64,000 nucleotides of DNA from a virus (lineage: Duplodnaviria > Heunggongvirae > Uroviricota > Caudoviricetes): the IMG/VR virus record IMGVR_UViG_3300020200_000004; one strand, given 5' to 3'. Under the pieces are notes generated by a model. It searched no databases and was not told the DNA's origin. It saw only the letters and a list, made by a program, of their open reading frames with translations. Below, piece by piece: positions 45,905-54,896 of this stretch; position 1 is the first letter of the stretch, and every line of letters starts with the position of its first letter. The translations under genes were made by a program, and so were the position numbers.

Positions 45905-46077
45905 TAACAAGTGATGATCCTCTTACTGCAAAATTGATAAAGCTTTTGAACCGGGCACATGATATAATATGGCTCAATGCTTTAGAACCTATTTATAAAG
46001 AAGAGGTTTTGTCACAAGCAGAAATTGAAGCTTTTCTGATGGAAGTTGAGGAAGTAATATATAAGCCAAACCCAAAA

Positions 46078-46151
46078 GCCCCTGTAGTTTAATTGTGCAA
46101 AACGTGCTACTTTAGATAGCTAAGATGTGGGTTCGAATCCTGCCAGGGGCG
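46078..46151 (+). tRNA. tRNA with predicted anticodon UUA (ochre/UAA-suppressor-type)
   Basis: Cloverleaf by hand: acceptor gcccctg/caggggc, D-stem gttt/aaac, anticodon stem gcta/tagc with loop cTTTAga (U33, anticodon TTA, R37), variable loop aagat, T-arm gtggg-ttcgaat-cctgc. One t-t mismatch at the top of the anticodon stem. Confidence 0.5.
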
Positions 46152-46180
46152 TTAGTTTCATTGCATATTTACTATGATAT

Positions 46181-46651
46181 GTGATGAAGAAAACAAAACC
46201 AACACAACTTAATGAACAAATATTACAAAAAATAATTCCAAATTGTATTTCTTACAGCGAAGTGTTTAGGCAATTAGGTATGGTTCCTGCTGGTGCCAAT
46301 TATAGAACCTTGCATAAGTATGTTAAATTATGGAATATTGATGTATCTCACATTGAGGCACGTACTTGGCATAAACATATAAGTAATGGGAGGGGCAGAC
46401 CTTTAGAAGAAATTTTGGTTAAAGGCAGATTCGAGACGGGACACATTCTAAAAAAAAGACTTATAGCAGCAGGAATCAAAAAACATGCTTGCGAAGGATG
46501 TGGTTTAACTGAATGGCGTGGCAAGTCAATTCCTTTAGAAGTTCACCATAAAGACGGGGATAGGAATAACAACTTGCTTGTAAGTCTTGTGATGAAAAAA
46601 ACCGAAAAACAAAAATTTCTTGGCCATCCTGTGAAGAACTTCAATCAATGA
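46181..46651 (+). CDS. HNH homing endonuclease; the reading frame appears broken near 46578, and the C-terminal part continues in another frame to about 46750
   Basis: CEGCG...LEVHHKDGDRNNNL (HNH core). After NNLL the +1 frame reads CKSCDEKNRKT...AVGRQLGVSDRAVHKRLKNH, the usual ..NLQLLCKSC.. plus HTH tail of these enzymes. Confidence 0.6.
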   Translation: MMKKTKPTQLNEQILQKIIPNCISYSEVFRQLGMVPAGANYRTLHKYVKLWNIDVSHIEARTWHKHISNGRGRPLEEILVKGRFETGHILKKRLIAAGIKKHACEGCGLTEWRGKSIPLEVHHKDGDRNNNLLVSLVMKKTEKQKFLGHPVKNFNQ

Positions 46652-46732
46652 TAAAATCTTCTTCATTTTTAGCTGTTGGAAGGCAATTAGGAGTTTCAGA
46701 TAGGGCAGTTCATAAGCGGTTAAAGAATCATT

Positions 46733-47401
46733 GTGGAATCAAAAATGAGTAAAATTAAAGTTTTAACTATAGAAGAAGCTATGTGGAATATAGGCCAATA
46801 TAAACCTAGCAAAGTCAGACTTCCAAAGAAACTAGTTGAAATTGGAAAACTGAAAATCCATGCAGACACACAATATTACGATGCCTTTGCTAATTATTAT
46901 AGCAGGCTAAAAACTCAATTGCCACATGATAAGTTCTGGCAAATAATTGAATTTCTAAGAAAGCTAATCGCAAATCGTGGTTTCACCTATGACAAATTAA
47001 AAACTTCCATAGATGAATTGTTCCGGCTAACTGCAACTGGAGAAAGCGAACACCCTGAAGGTGGTTTTGATGGTCCACATGTTGCATATAATTTCAAGGA
47101 CTTATTGCAGTTCTGCTTTACATATGAAGGAATTTCCGATAAAATAGACCAGAAGCTTGATGACTTTTCTCTTGGCAGTGATGATTCTAGAGGCGATTTG
47201 ATGGATTCACTGCCCTTGGCTGGTGTAAAAGTGTACGAAAATATACTAAATGGCACAGTCAAGAATGAGCAAGATTTAGAAAAAGAATTGAAGTCATTGG
47301 CTAAAAAATGGTATGAGTTTATCCGAAATGGCGAAAACTATGTGTGGATGACATTAAAGGAAGAAGCGGCAAGTAGAGCCTTAAATCTAATGATGGAGTA
47401 A
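46733..47401 (+). CDS. Hypothetical protein (222 aa)
   Basis: ORF. Confidence 0.4.
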   Translation: MESKMSKIKVLTIEEAMWNIGQYKPSKVRLPKKLVEIGKLKIHADTQYYDAFANYYSRLKTQLPHDKFWQIIEFLRKLIANRGFTYDKLKTSIDELFRLTATGESEHPEGGFDGPHVAYNFKDLLQFCFTYEGISDKIDQKLDDFSLGSDDSRGDLMDSLPLAGVKVYENILNGTVKNEQDLEKELKSLAKKWYEFIRNGENYVWMTLKEEAASRALNLMME

Positions 47402-47402
47402 C

Positions 47403-48095
47403 ATGAAAGATTATCTAAGAACAATTAACTTGGGGTAGGGAGTCGGTGAATCTGGCAAGCAAGCATGTTGGATGAGCGCTCTTTCTGCTCATTTGGGTGG
47501 GGAATGGACCGATACATTAGATTGCGTTGATCCTATCATTAATAGCCTTTGCATAATTATTAATGATCTTTATTATATGGACAATAAGGGCAGAACCAAT
47601 GACATTATGAAATTTGGTTTGTTTGCTCCATTGGGAACTAAAGGCACTTGGAAAGATACTGAGAAAAGACTATTTAAACTTGCGGATATTGCTATAAGAA
47701 AATGGGCAGCAACCGTGAGTTTTCATACAGGATTTATACAAGATGAAAAATTCCTAAGAAATTTGGATGAAATTGTAGATTTGCCTAGTCTTCGTAAAGC
47801 TAGAAATGATATTGAAATTGCAGCTTGTTATTTAATGAGTGAATTGGACATAATAATTTATCATATAAAAGGCATTTTGATAATCCACGAAACTTGCAAG
47901 AGAGAAATGATAGCTAATTTATATAAGTTTACTGGAATTTTGATAGATCATATGGGTAGAAACGTTCTCGTAAAAGATCATTTATATTCTGCACTAAGAG
48001 AACTAATTGAAATGGGTCCACATGCACCAGAAGAACCTGAATATCCTGCTTGTGGTATTCCAAAGTTTCAAGAACTAGTAGGTATTAAAACATAA
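47403..48095 (+). CDS. Paralog family A member with an in-frame TAG at codon 12 (pseudogene, internal restart at 47472, or stop-codon readthrough)
   Basis: MKDYLRTINLG-TAG-GVGESGKQACWMSALSAHLGGEWTDTLDCVDPIINS... The paralogs have Ile/Phe at the TAG position. C-terminus LIEMGPHAPEEPEYPACGIPKFQELVGI is shared with 48392..48943. Confidence 0.45.
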
Positions 48096-48110
48096 ACTAA
48101 AAGAATTAGT

Positions 48111-48136
48111 GGATTAAAACAATGTGCTGCTGGCAC
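48111..48136 (+). repeat. Orphan degenerate CRISPR repeat (solitary repeat unit) about 3.6 kb downstream of the array
   Basis: ggattaaaacaatgtgctg-ctggcac versus array repeat agattaaaacaatgtgctgttattggcac (18 nt exact, then a 3-4 nt deletion); intergenic between two paralog genes. Confidence 0.55.
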
Positions 48137-48147
48137 ATAGGTATTAA

Positions 48148-48390
48148 ATGTCAAAGTTAACTGTTAGGACTATCTTTAATGGTGCAATGAATGCCAAGTA
48201 TGAAGTTAGTATTCCTCTTAACAAGAAAGAAACAGAGGAACTTAAAAGTGCTTTGGAAGTGGTAAGAAAGTATGAGAAACAAGCTTTAGACGCCACAAAG
48301 GTATCTAGAAAGACAGAAGCAGTTGTAATTGATTATCTGGTTAAATCAAATAGTGTGCTTATCTCTGTTGAAGCTGGAGGTTTTGGTTAA
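48148..48390 (+). CDS. Hypothetical protein (80 aa)
   Basis: ORF starting 12 nt after the orphan repeat. Confidence 0.35.
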   Translation: MSKLTVRTIFNGAMNAKYEVSIPLNKKETEELKSALEVVRKYEKQALDATKVSRKTEAVVIDYLVKSNSVLISVEAGGFG

Positions 48391-48391
48391 A

Positions 48392-48943
48392 ATGAATGAT
48401 TATCTTAAAACAATCAAGCTAGGATTTGGCAAAGGCAAAAGGGGAGAACAAGGATGTTGGATGAGGGTGTTCCACATTGCAGATACTGTTATTAGAGAGT
48501 GGACGCCAACTGTGTTAAGAAATTATTGGCACGGTTTACGGATCGGTTGTCCAATGCACCTTTTATATCAAAAAATTGCTGATAAATTAGAAGAAATGCC
48601 TAAAATTTCAAAAGAAACATCTAAACTTTATCGTGTTTTAGATACTTTAAATGAAATGGAAATTAAAGAATTAAAATCTGCAAAAACTATTATTATGGCT
48701 GCATGTTTTCTTTCCATTAAACATAGTCGTATAATGTGTGATGGCATTGCCGATTCCGTTGTTGGCACATTTCCTTGGCCTTGGTTAGAATTGAATGCCG
48801 ACCGTGATCATAGAAAATACCTAAAGACCAAAGTTTACCCATTGTTAAGAGAACTAATCGAAATGGGACCACATGCACCAAAAGAATCAGAATATCCTGC
48901 TTGTGGTGTACAAAAGTTCAAGGAAGCGGTGGGAATAGTTTAA
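48392..48943 (+). CDS. Paralog family A member, intact (183 aa)
   Basis: MNDYLKTIKLGFGKGKRGEQGCWM... ...LIEMGPHAPKESEYPACGVQKFKEAVGIV; GGAGG RBS. Confidence 0.5.
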   Translation: MNDYLKTIKLGFGKGKRGEQGCWMRVFHIADTVIREWTPTVLRNYWHGLRIGCPMHLLYQKIADKLEEMPKISKETSKLYRVLDTLNEMEIKELKSAKTIIMAACFLSIKHSRIMCDGIADSVVGTFPWPWLELNADRDHRKYLKTKVYPLLRELIEMGPHAPKESEYPACGVQKFKEAVGIV

Positions 48944-48953
48944 TTGTACCAAG
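48940..48953 (+). promoter_or_regulatory. Conserved motif TTAATTGTACCAAG, copy 7
   Basis: Exact 14-mer 8 nt upstream of ATG 48962. Confidence 0.5.
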
Positions 48954-48961
48954 CAAATGCC

Positions 48962-50032
48962 ATGCAACCATATTTTCAATTTTTCAGGGAAGGGGAAAAT
49001 CCACCCTCTCCTAACTGTCGTAATTGGTATCTTGACCCATCTAACCCAGAGTCCCCATATTACGGGTTCGTGGGTAATGAGAATGCTATTAAGAGGCTTG
49101 TCCGTATTGACTTTAATGCTTTGGGTAAGTTCAATCATGCCACAGAGGGATTAAATGTGGCGGTTATTGGTCCTGCTGGTACTGGCAAGACTAGCCTCGT
49201 AAAGCGTCACAATAGGGCTAGAATGCTTCCGTTTGTGGAAATTAGCCCAAAGTCCGTCAAGAACACTCAGGATTTATTTAAAGAAATCTCAGGTGTTGCA
49301 TTTAGGTCTGGCGTGACCCTTGAGAAGCAGAATAATGGGTTTTACCTTCCGCCAATGGACATTTTCATTGACGAAGTTCATGCCCTTCATAACAACATGG
49401 TCCAAGGATTGCTTAAAGCTACTGAACCCAGCGATAGCATCCTTGTTACCTCTGAGGGCATGACGGTTAATTGTAAAAATATCCACTGGATTATTGCTAC
49501 AACTGACCGTGGTAAGCTGTTTGATGCCTTTGATACCCGTTTCATAAAGATTCAACTGCATCTTTATGACAAGGAAACGATGGCTCAGATTGTAAATGCC
49601 CATTATCCTAACTGGTCTATGGACGTTTGTAGGCTGGTTGCCCATTATAGCTCCAGGGTTCCTAGAGAAGCTATTGCATTCGCTAAGGAAATGACTTTGG
49701 AATATAACATGAATCCTGGCAATTGGGAATCAGTAGCAAAGCAAATAGCCTGTGATAATGAAATTGACCCTTGGGGAATGACTTATCAGCGGCTTAAAAT
49801 CCTTAAAGCATTAGGCCAACACCCGGTTTCTGCTGCTAGACTTCCTGGCGTGGCTGAATGTAAAATCGAAGAATTGGATAAGTTTGTTCTGCCCTGGTTG
49901 CTTGAATCGACTCCAGATCAGGCGGCAATGGTTTCTGTTAGCAGCAAAGGTTATTGTATAACTGAGGCTGGAGTTGAGCAATTGGAAGTCAGGGGTATTG
50001 AGTATAACAAAGACGTACTTGAGGCTGCATAA
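48962..50032 (+). CDS. ruvB: RuvB-like AAA+ ATPase (Holliday-junction branch-migration helicase homolog)
   Basis: Walker A VIGPAGTGKTSL, IFIDEVHAL (RuvB LIDEIHRL), IIATTDRGKLFDAFDTRF (RuvB LIGATTRAG...LRDRFG), C-terminal winged-helix-like region. Confidence 0.6.
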   Translation: MQPYFQFFREGENPPSPNCRNWYLDPSNPESPYYGFVGNENAIKRLVRIDFNALGKFNHATEGLNVAVIGPAGTGKTSLVKRHNRARMLPFVEISPKSVKNTQDLFKEISGVAFRSGVTLEKQNNGFYLPPMDIFIDEVHALHNNMVQGLLKATEPSDSILVTSEGMTVNCKNIHWIIATTDRGKLFDAFDTRFIKIQLHLYDKETMAQIVNAHYPNWSMDVCRLVAHYSSRVPREAIAFAKEMTLEYNMNPGNWESVAKQIACDNEIDPWGMTYQRLKILKALGQHPVSAARLPGVAECKIEELDKFVLPWLLESTPDQAAMVSVSSKGYCITEAGVEQLEVRGIEYNKDVLEAA

Positions 50033-50290
50033 AATGGGAGCTAAGTCAACGGTAGACATTACTAGGGCTGAAGCTCTCTGTTTTATTTTTGGCCATCTGG
50101 AGAATGCAGATAATAAAACGATAGCAGCTGTATTGGATAAATGATGCACTGTATGAAAATGAGAAAGAAAGTTTAGGACTCCATAACTTTTGGGTGTATG
50201 ATGAGTAAGCAATACAATAATTTTGATACATTTTGTAAAACAAGATTGGTACGAAAATAATGTGCCAAGTGATTTGTGGAAGCTTAAACA

Positions 50291-50563
50291 ATGAATAATT
50301 ATCAGCCAGAAATAGGGCAGATGTGTTTTGGGCAACAGTGGAAGAAATATGAAGGCAGCAATCTTCTTATTGCCGCATTACAGGCTATTGATAGTGAGCT
50401 TAGGCGTATAATGTGGAATGCCAATCAAGAGGAATACAATTCACCATTTGATAATACCGGCAACAGATATAAAAATGATGTATTTGAAGTCCAGGCTTAT
50501 TCTTGGGATGATTCCTATGAACAACCTTTTAACTTTAAATGGGACAATGTAGAGGTTAGCTGA
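50291..50563 (+). CDS. Hypothetical protein (90 aa)
   Basis: ORF. Confidence 0.3.
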   Translation: MNNYQPEIGQMCFGQQWKKYEGSNLLIAALQAIDSELRRIMWNANQEEYNSPFDNTGNRYKNDVFEVQAYSWDDSYEQPFNFKWDNVEVS

Positions 50564-50646
50564 TATAAGTATTTAGGGCGTGGAGTTTCCGTTAATCAAG
50601 AACTATGCCCAGATAGAATCAATAAGATGTTGGATGCTTGTCTTGA

Positions 50647-51063
50647 ATGTTTAGAGAAGTTGGAACAATTAAGGGATTAATTTTGATAGCTGAATACTAC
50701 CTTCAAAGCAGTCATTATCTTCATCGGGCATATGCTGCTGGAGTACGTGCTGCACAAAGCGATAATGATTATTGTCGCATTCATGTTATGTATCAGAAAT
50801 TTAATCCTGGTTATAAATTAGTGCTGCATAAGGATGGGGATTATTGTTATAAAAGAGTAGTTATATTAAATTTATCTGGATATGCCAATTTGCTGTTCTC
50901 TAAATATGAATATATTCCTCTTGATGGCGTACCTGTCTATCATTATGTACATGCTGGTGATATCGTTTATATGGAAGGTGACTCATTGGATAGATACTAT
51001 CATGGTATTCCTCACATGCCGGTAGAAAGATTGTTATCAGGTATTACAAATAATGGCCGTTGA
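50647..51063 (+). CDS. Hypothetical protein (138 aa)
   Basis: ORF. Confidence 0.35.
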   Translation: MFREVGTIKGLILIAEYYLQSSHYLHRAYAAGVRAAQSDNDYCRIHVMYQKFNPGYKLVLHKDGDYCYKRVVILNLSGYANLLFSKYEYIPLDGVPVYHYVHAGDIVYMEGDSLDRYYHGIPHMPVERLLSGITNNGR

Positions 51064-51259
51064 ATGGTGTCAATATGAGCATATATGTCTTGGAATCATA
51101 AGCCAATTTGAAAGAGTTAGGCAAAGATGTGGCTATGGAAAAGTCAAAGTTCCTCCAAGAGTACGTTGTAAGAAATGCAAGAAAAGATTTAAGCCTTATT
51201 TTAAAACAGATCATGATGGTGATTTAAGGTGGTATTTGCCCAAGCATAAATGAGACAAC

Positions 51260-51622
51260 ATGGAACATCCTATGATTAATGATGGAATTTTAAAACTCGC
51301 ATACGGGCAAGAAGCTTATACTCCAGATGCAGGCAAAATTCCCGTTGGCACAATAGTTTTATGTGGTTTGTGCGGAGATAAATGTAATGAAACCAGAAAT
51401 GAATATGGGCCTAGAAGTTATGCGATGTCAATGTTGGGGTCAAAATCACATTATGATTGTTGGCTTTGCTCCAATAGAGAGGCAAGATGGCATATTCAAG
51501 CACAAAGACTTAGAAGAGAGGCCAGAAATTCTCCAAGTGCTACGATAGAAAGAATATTGTTGGAAGAAATGGAACAGGTTATAAAGACCAGAAAACAAAC
51601 AAAAGAAAATGTATATCCATGA
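51260..51622 (+). CDS. Hypothetical protein (120 aa)
   Basis: ORF; several Cys pairs. Confidence 0.3.
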   Translation: MEHPMINDGILKLAYGQEAYTPDAGKIPVGTIVLCGLCGDKCNETRNEYGPRSYAMSMLGSKSHYDCWLCSNREARWHIQAQRLRREARNSPSATIERILLEEMEQVIKTRKQTKENVYP

Positions 51623-51987
51623 ACGAACCACTTTCATATCAACGATTACTTGAAATAACTGATGGGCATCCTGAACAAGAATATATCTTTAAATTCATTT
51701 TAAATAATGAAAGAAAGACTATTAGTAGGCTTTCTGAATTGAGAAAATCTGAAAATGAGTTAAACAAGCTGAAACGGAAAGCTGAGGATAAGTTTAAAAA
51801 GCTAGAAGAACGGACTAAAAAATTAGACAAAAGAATTAAAAAGGCTGGAAATATTAAAACTTACAAAGGTCTAAAAGAATTAAATGTGCATTTGGAATAT
51901 ATTATCAAACAACCAGAGAAATATAAAGAATTGGAAAGCAAAATAAGTGAACTAGCCAAGTTAATAACTGACTATATTAGTGCATGA
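51619..51987 (+). CDS. Hypothetical Lys/Glu-rich coiled-coil protein (122 aa)
   Basis: ORF. Confidence 0.3.
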   Translation: MNEPLSYQRLLEITDGHPEQEYIFKFILNNERKTISRLSELRKSENELNKLKRKAEDKFKKLEERTKKLDKRIKKAGNIKTYKGLKELNVHLEYIIKQPEKYKELESKISELAKLITDYISA

Positions 51988-52271
51988 AAAAATTAAGTGT
52001 TGTTTTCTTTGGAAGTCTATTGGGGTTAACCATTCTCGGCAGCGGTTCCCTTTTACTAATTAAATTCCGTAACTTTTTTATTGGTAATCCTTACGTTTAT
52101 CAAAAAGATACGAAAACGGAAGGAATCGTAGCTTGCCTTTTAACTGGCTTGGCTATGATTTTTATGTTTACAGGCTTGTATTTTACGATAGAATTAACTT
52201 GGTTCCTTTTAGCTTTAGTGGGCTATTTGGGTGTTTCCTTTATAATGTGGCAAAAGATGTTTTTAAACTAA
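51984..52271 (+). CDS. Hypothetical small membrane protein (95 aa)
   Basis: Three hydrophobic segments. Confidence 0.3.
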   Translation: MKKLSVVFFGSLLGLTILGSGSLLLIKFRNFFIGNPYVYQKDTKTEGIVACLLTGLAMIFMFTGLYFTIELTWFLLALVGYLGVSFIMWQKMFLN

Positions 52272-52309
52272 TCCTTGTCATCTGGTAGCGGAACATAAAG
52301 GAAAAATAA

Positions 52310-53233
52310 ATGAATGATAAGGTAAAAGGAGCATTGTGGGGAGGAGTTGTGGGAGATTCAGCTGGGATGTGCGCCGAATTCCTTCCGAGAGGGAGTTTTC
52401 CACCAATTACTGGATATAGAAGCGGTGGGCCATTCAATTTAGAAAAAGGGGCATTCACCGATGACACTTCTATGGCCTTGTGTTTGGCTGATAGCATTGC
52501 CACTGTTGGTTGGGACTTGAAAGATCAATTGAAACGGTATGTAGATTGGTATGAAAATGGAAAATATTCAGTAAATGGTAAATGTTTTGATATTGGCTGT
52601 ACAACTAGGCATGCTTTAAATGAATTTATTCGTACTGGAGAAGTTAATGCAGACCTAGACGAAAATGCTTCTGGCAATGGTTGCATAATGAGACTTTCTG
52701 CCGTTCCAGCCTATTATAGATATCTTTTCCCTCACTATTTGCCTGAATTAATGGTAAAGGCCGAAGAGTCTAGTGCAACAACTCACGGAAGCGAACAATG
52801 CAAATCTAGTTGTCGTTATATGACTGCAATTATTTGTGCTTTTATTCATGGAGATTATACAAAAGATGAAGTTTTATCAACAAATTGGAGAATACTAAAA
52901 GAAATTGAAAACTTAAAGCCTTTGCATCCTTTAGTTAAAACTATTGCAAATGGCAGTTTTAAAACAAAAACTTTAGAAGAAATTGATTCATCAGGATGGG
53001 TGATTGCTACGCTTGAAGCGGCAATTTATTCATTTTATCATTCGAATAGTTTTGAAGAAGCAGTATTTCGTTCTTGCAACATGGGATTAGATGCAGATAC
53101 GGTAGGTTGCGTTACAGGCCAAATTGCTGGTGCGTATTATGGTTTTGATGCTATCCCCAAGGAACTAATTGAAGGTTTGAGTAGAAAAGACATGCTGGAA
53201 GAATATTTCGGCAAGTTATATAAAGGAAACTAA
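52310..53233 (+). CDS. ADP-ribosylglycohydrolase (ARH/DraG family)
   Basis: GALWGGVVGDSAGM and GAFTDDTSMALCLADS N-terminal signatures; C-terminal GLDADTVGCVTGQIAGAYYG. Confidence 0.8.
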   Translation: MNDKVKGALWGGVVGDSAGMCAEFLPRGSFPPITGYRSGGPFNLEKGAFTDDTSMALCLADSIATVGWDLKDQLKRYVDWYENGKYSVNGKCFDIGCTTRHALNEFIRTGEVNADLDENASGNGCIMRLSAVPAYYRYLFPHYLPELMVKAEESSATTHGSEQCKSSCRYMTAIICAFIHGDYTKDEVLSTNWRILKEIENLKPLHPLVKTIANGSFKTKTLEEIDSSGWVIATLEAAIYSFYHSNSFEEAVFRSCNMGLDADTVGCVTGQIAGAYYGFDAIPKELIEGLSRKDMLEEYFGKLYKGN

Positions 53234-53283
53234 AATGTTAATTGGTGCTATAGGATACGATTCTAAGGCTATTATTGTAAGTT

Positions 53284-53754
53284 ATGAAAACCGTCACTCT
53301 CACAAGCAAATTGATCTGTCCTTATTGTAAAACAAGGCAAGAATACAAGGCTATAGATTATTTTGTTTATAACCGTGCTGGTCCTAAACATGCTAAAAAC
53401 ACCTTGGCCAGAAAAACTATGACCGGATTACTAATTACTGAAGAATTGCTGGAATCCCTTGGGGCAACAAAAATAGGCAATGCTTGGGAACTAAATTCTA
53501 GGGGATATTTGTTTTCTTTCGAGAAACCTAAACCTCGGAAGGGAGTAACTTATCCTCCTAATCAGTGGGAGCTTAGTTGCCCTGGATCAGCATATAGCCA
53601 TTCCGTAGATAATTTAAGTGAATGCTTTGGCTTTATAGCAAATGCATCCTTTGCTTCTGGTAAGGAATATAAATTGCATGAAATTAGGGATGCTCTTGGT
53701 ATTGGCGGTGCAATTGGTAGCTCAGCTAATATTATAACCCCACAAATGGATTAA
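53284..53754 (+). CDS. Hypothetical protein (156 aa)
   Basis: ORF; CPYC motif at N-terminus. Confidence 0.35.
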   Translation: MKTVTLTSKLICPYCKTRQEYKAIDYFVYNRAGPKHAKNTLARKTMTGLLITEELLESLGATKIGNAWELNSRGYLFSFEKPKPRKGVTYPPNQWELSCPGSAYSHSVDNLSECFGFIANASFASGKEYKLHEIRDALGIGGAIGSSANIITPQMD

Positions 53755-53934
53755 ATATGAAATTCTCTCTTGACCCTCAAAAAGAAGTTGAAAAATTAAG
53801 TAAAGCTACTTGGTGTGATAAATTTGTGGCTGATTTCATTCGAGAACGTGGAATTGATGCCCTTAGCCGTTTATCAGCCAGGGGAGCTATTGGTGAATTT
53901 TATCATTGGTTAGACGAACAAGGCAAAATTAAAC

Positions 53935-54624
53935 ATGATTAATGAACTAGGTCCGACTGGAGATTTTCGCTGTCCAAAATGCAAAAACAGCCTCCAAAAT
54001 AGCGTTGTTGGGGACAAATATCGTTGCGCAAATTGTAAGCACGATTGGAAACCTACCATTGTCGATTGGGCATTAAAGATTGCAACCGAAGCGCATATTT
54101 ATCAAAAGAGGAAATGGGCTACTGGAACGGCAGAAGTTCCTTATATTGTCCATCCAATCCGTGTTGCTAAAAAGATTGCTACGTTAAAAGGCACTACTGA
54201 AGTTGACGTTGCAGCAGCTTTAGTCCATGATTTAGCGGAAGATGTTGCTATTCCCCAAAAGAAAGTTGCAGAATATAATCAGCTTGTTGAAGAAAAGTGT
54301 GGTAAGTTAGTTCTTGAATTGATGTGGGAACTTACTAATCCAACGGAAGGACCGGAATGGGCAGATGTTCCAAGGACTGAGAAGAGAAAGCATGATTGGC
54401 AGCATTTAGCTCAAGTTTCTGATCGTGCCAAACGTATTAAAATGGTTGATCGCTGGGATAATGTCAGTGACTTTGGCAATGCTCCGTCCAGGCTTGTTTT
54501 CAAATACATCCCAGAAAGTTATCATCTTTTAAGTATGACTCGTTATGTTGATGAAGAAATGGGTCAAGAATTAGAAGATGCAATTAAGGCATTAGAAAAA
54601 CGTTATAAACACAAAAATGGCTAA
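53935..54624 (+). CDS. HD-domain (p)ppGpp hydrolase (small alarmone hydrolase, RelA/SpoT-HD-like) with N-terminal zinc ribbon
   Basis: EAHIYQKRKWATGTAEVPYIVHPIRVA...AAALVHDLAEDV...IKMVDRWDNV parallels the SpoT HD GEPYI.HPL.VA..AALLHDVVEDT...IKLADRLHNM; CPKC/CANC pairs at the N-terminus. Confidence 0.7.
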   Translation: MINELGPTGDFRCPKCKNSLQNSVVGDKYRCANCKHDWKPTIVDWALKIATEAHIYQKRKWATGTAEVPYIVHPIRVAKKIATLKGTTEVDVAAALVHDLAEDVAIPQKKVAEYNQLVEEKCGKLVLELMWELTNPTEGPEWADVPRTEKRKHDWQHLAQVSDRAKRIKMVDRWDNVSDFGNAPSRLVFKYIPESYHLLSMTRYVDEEMGQELEDAIKALEKRYKHKNG

Positions 54625-54896
54625 CCAAATTAAAGTGACTGGTCCGACACAATTTGCACAGAAATGTTTGAAAGACATTGAAGTTGGAGAATGTTTTTCT
54701 ACGGAACATGAAGAAGTATACATAAAAAGTAATGTTTTAGATAATATTGATGAAAATGAAATTGGTTGTTATTGCCTTTTGTTAAATGAAACAACAATTG
54801 AGAATCCTGGCTATATTCATACTTTAAAACAAACCATGTTAGTGTACCCGTTAACTTGTACGATCCAAATAGAAAGAATTTCAAAGGAGAATTAAA

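Noticed and set aside
38000-46000. Looked for cas1, cas2 and cas4 near the effector/array
   Set aside because: No neighbouring ORF shows Cas1 integrase-like, Cas2 or Cas4 signatures. Adaptation genes are absent from this window but may exist elsewhere.
46086-46101. Motif-like string ttaattgtgcaaaacg
   Set aside because: It lies inside the tRNA (acceptor/D-arm) and differs from the 14-mer, so it is not counted as a motif copy.
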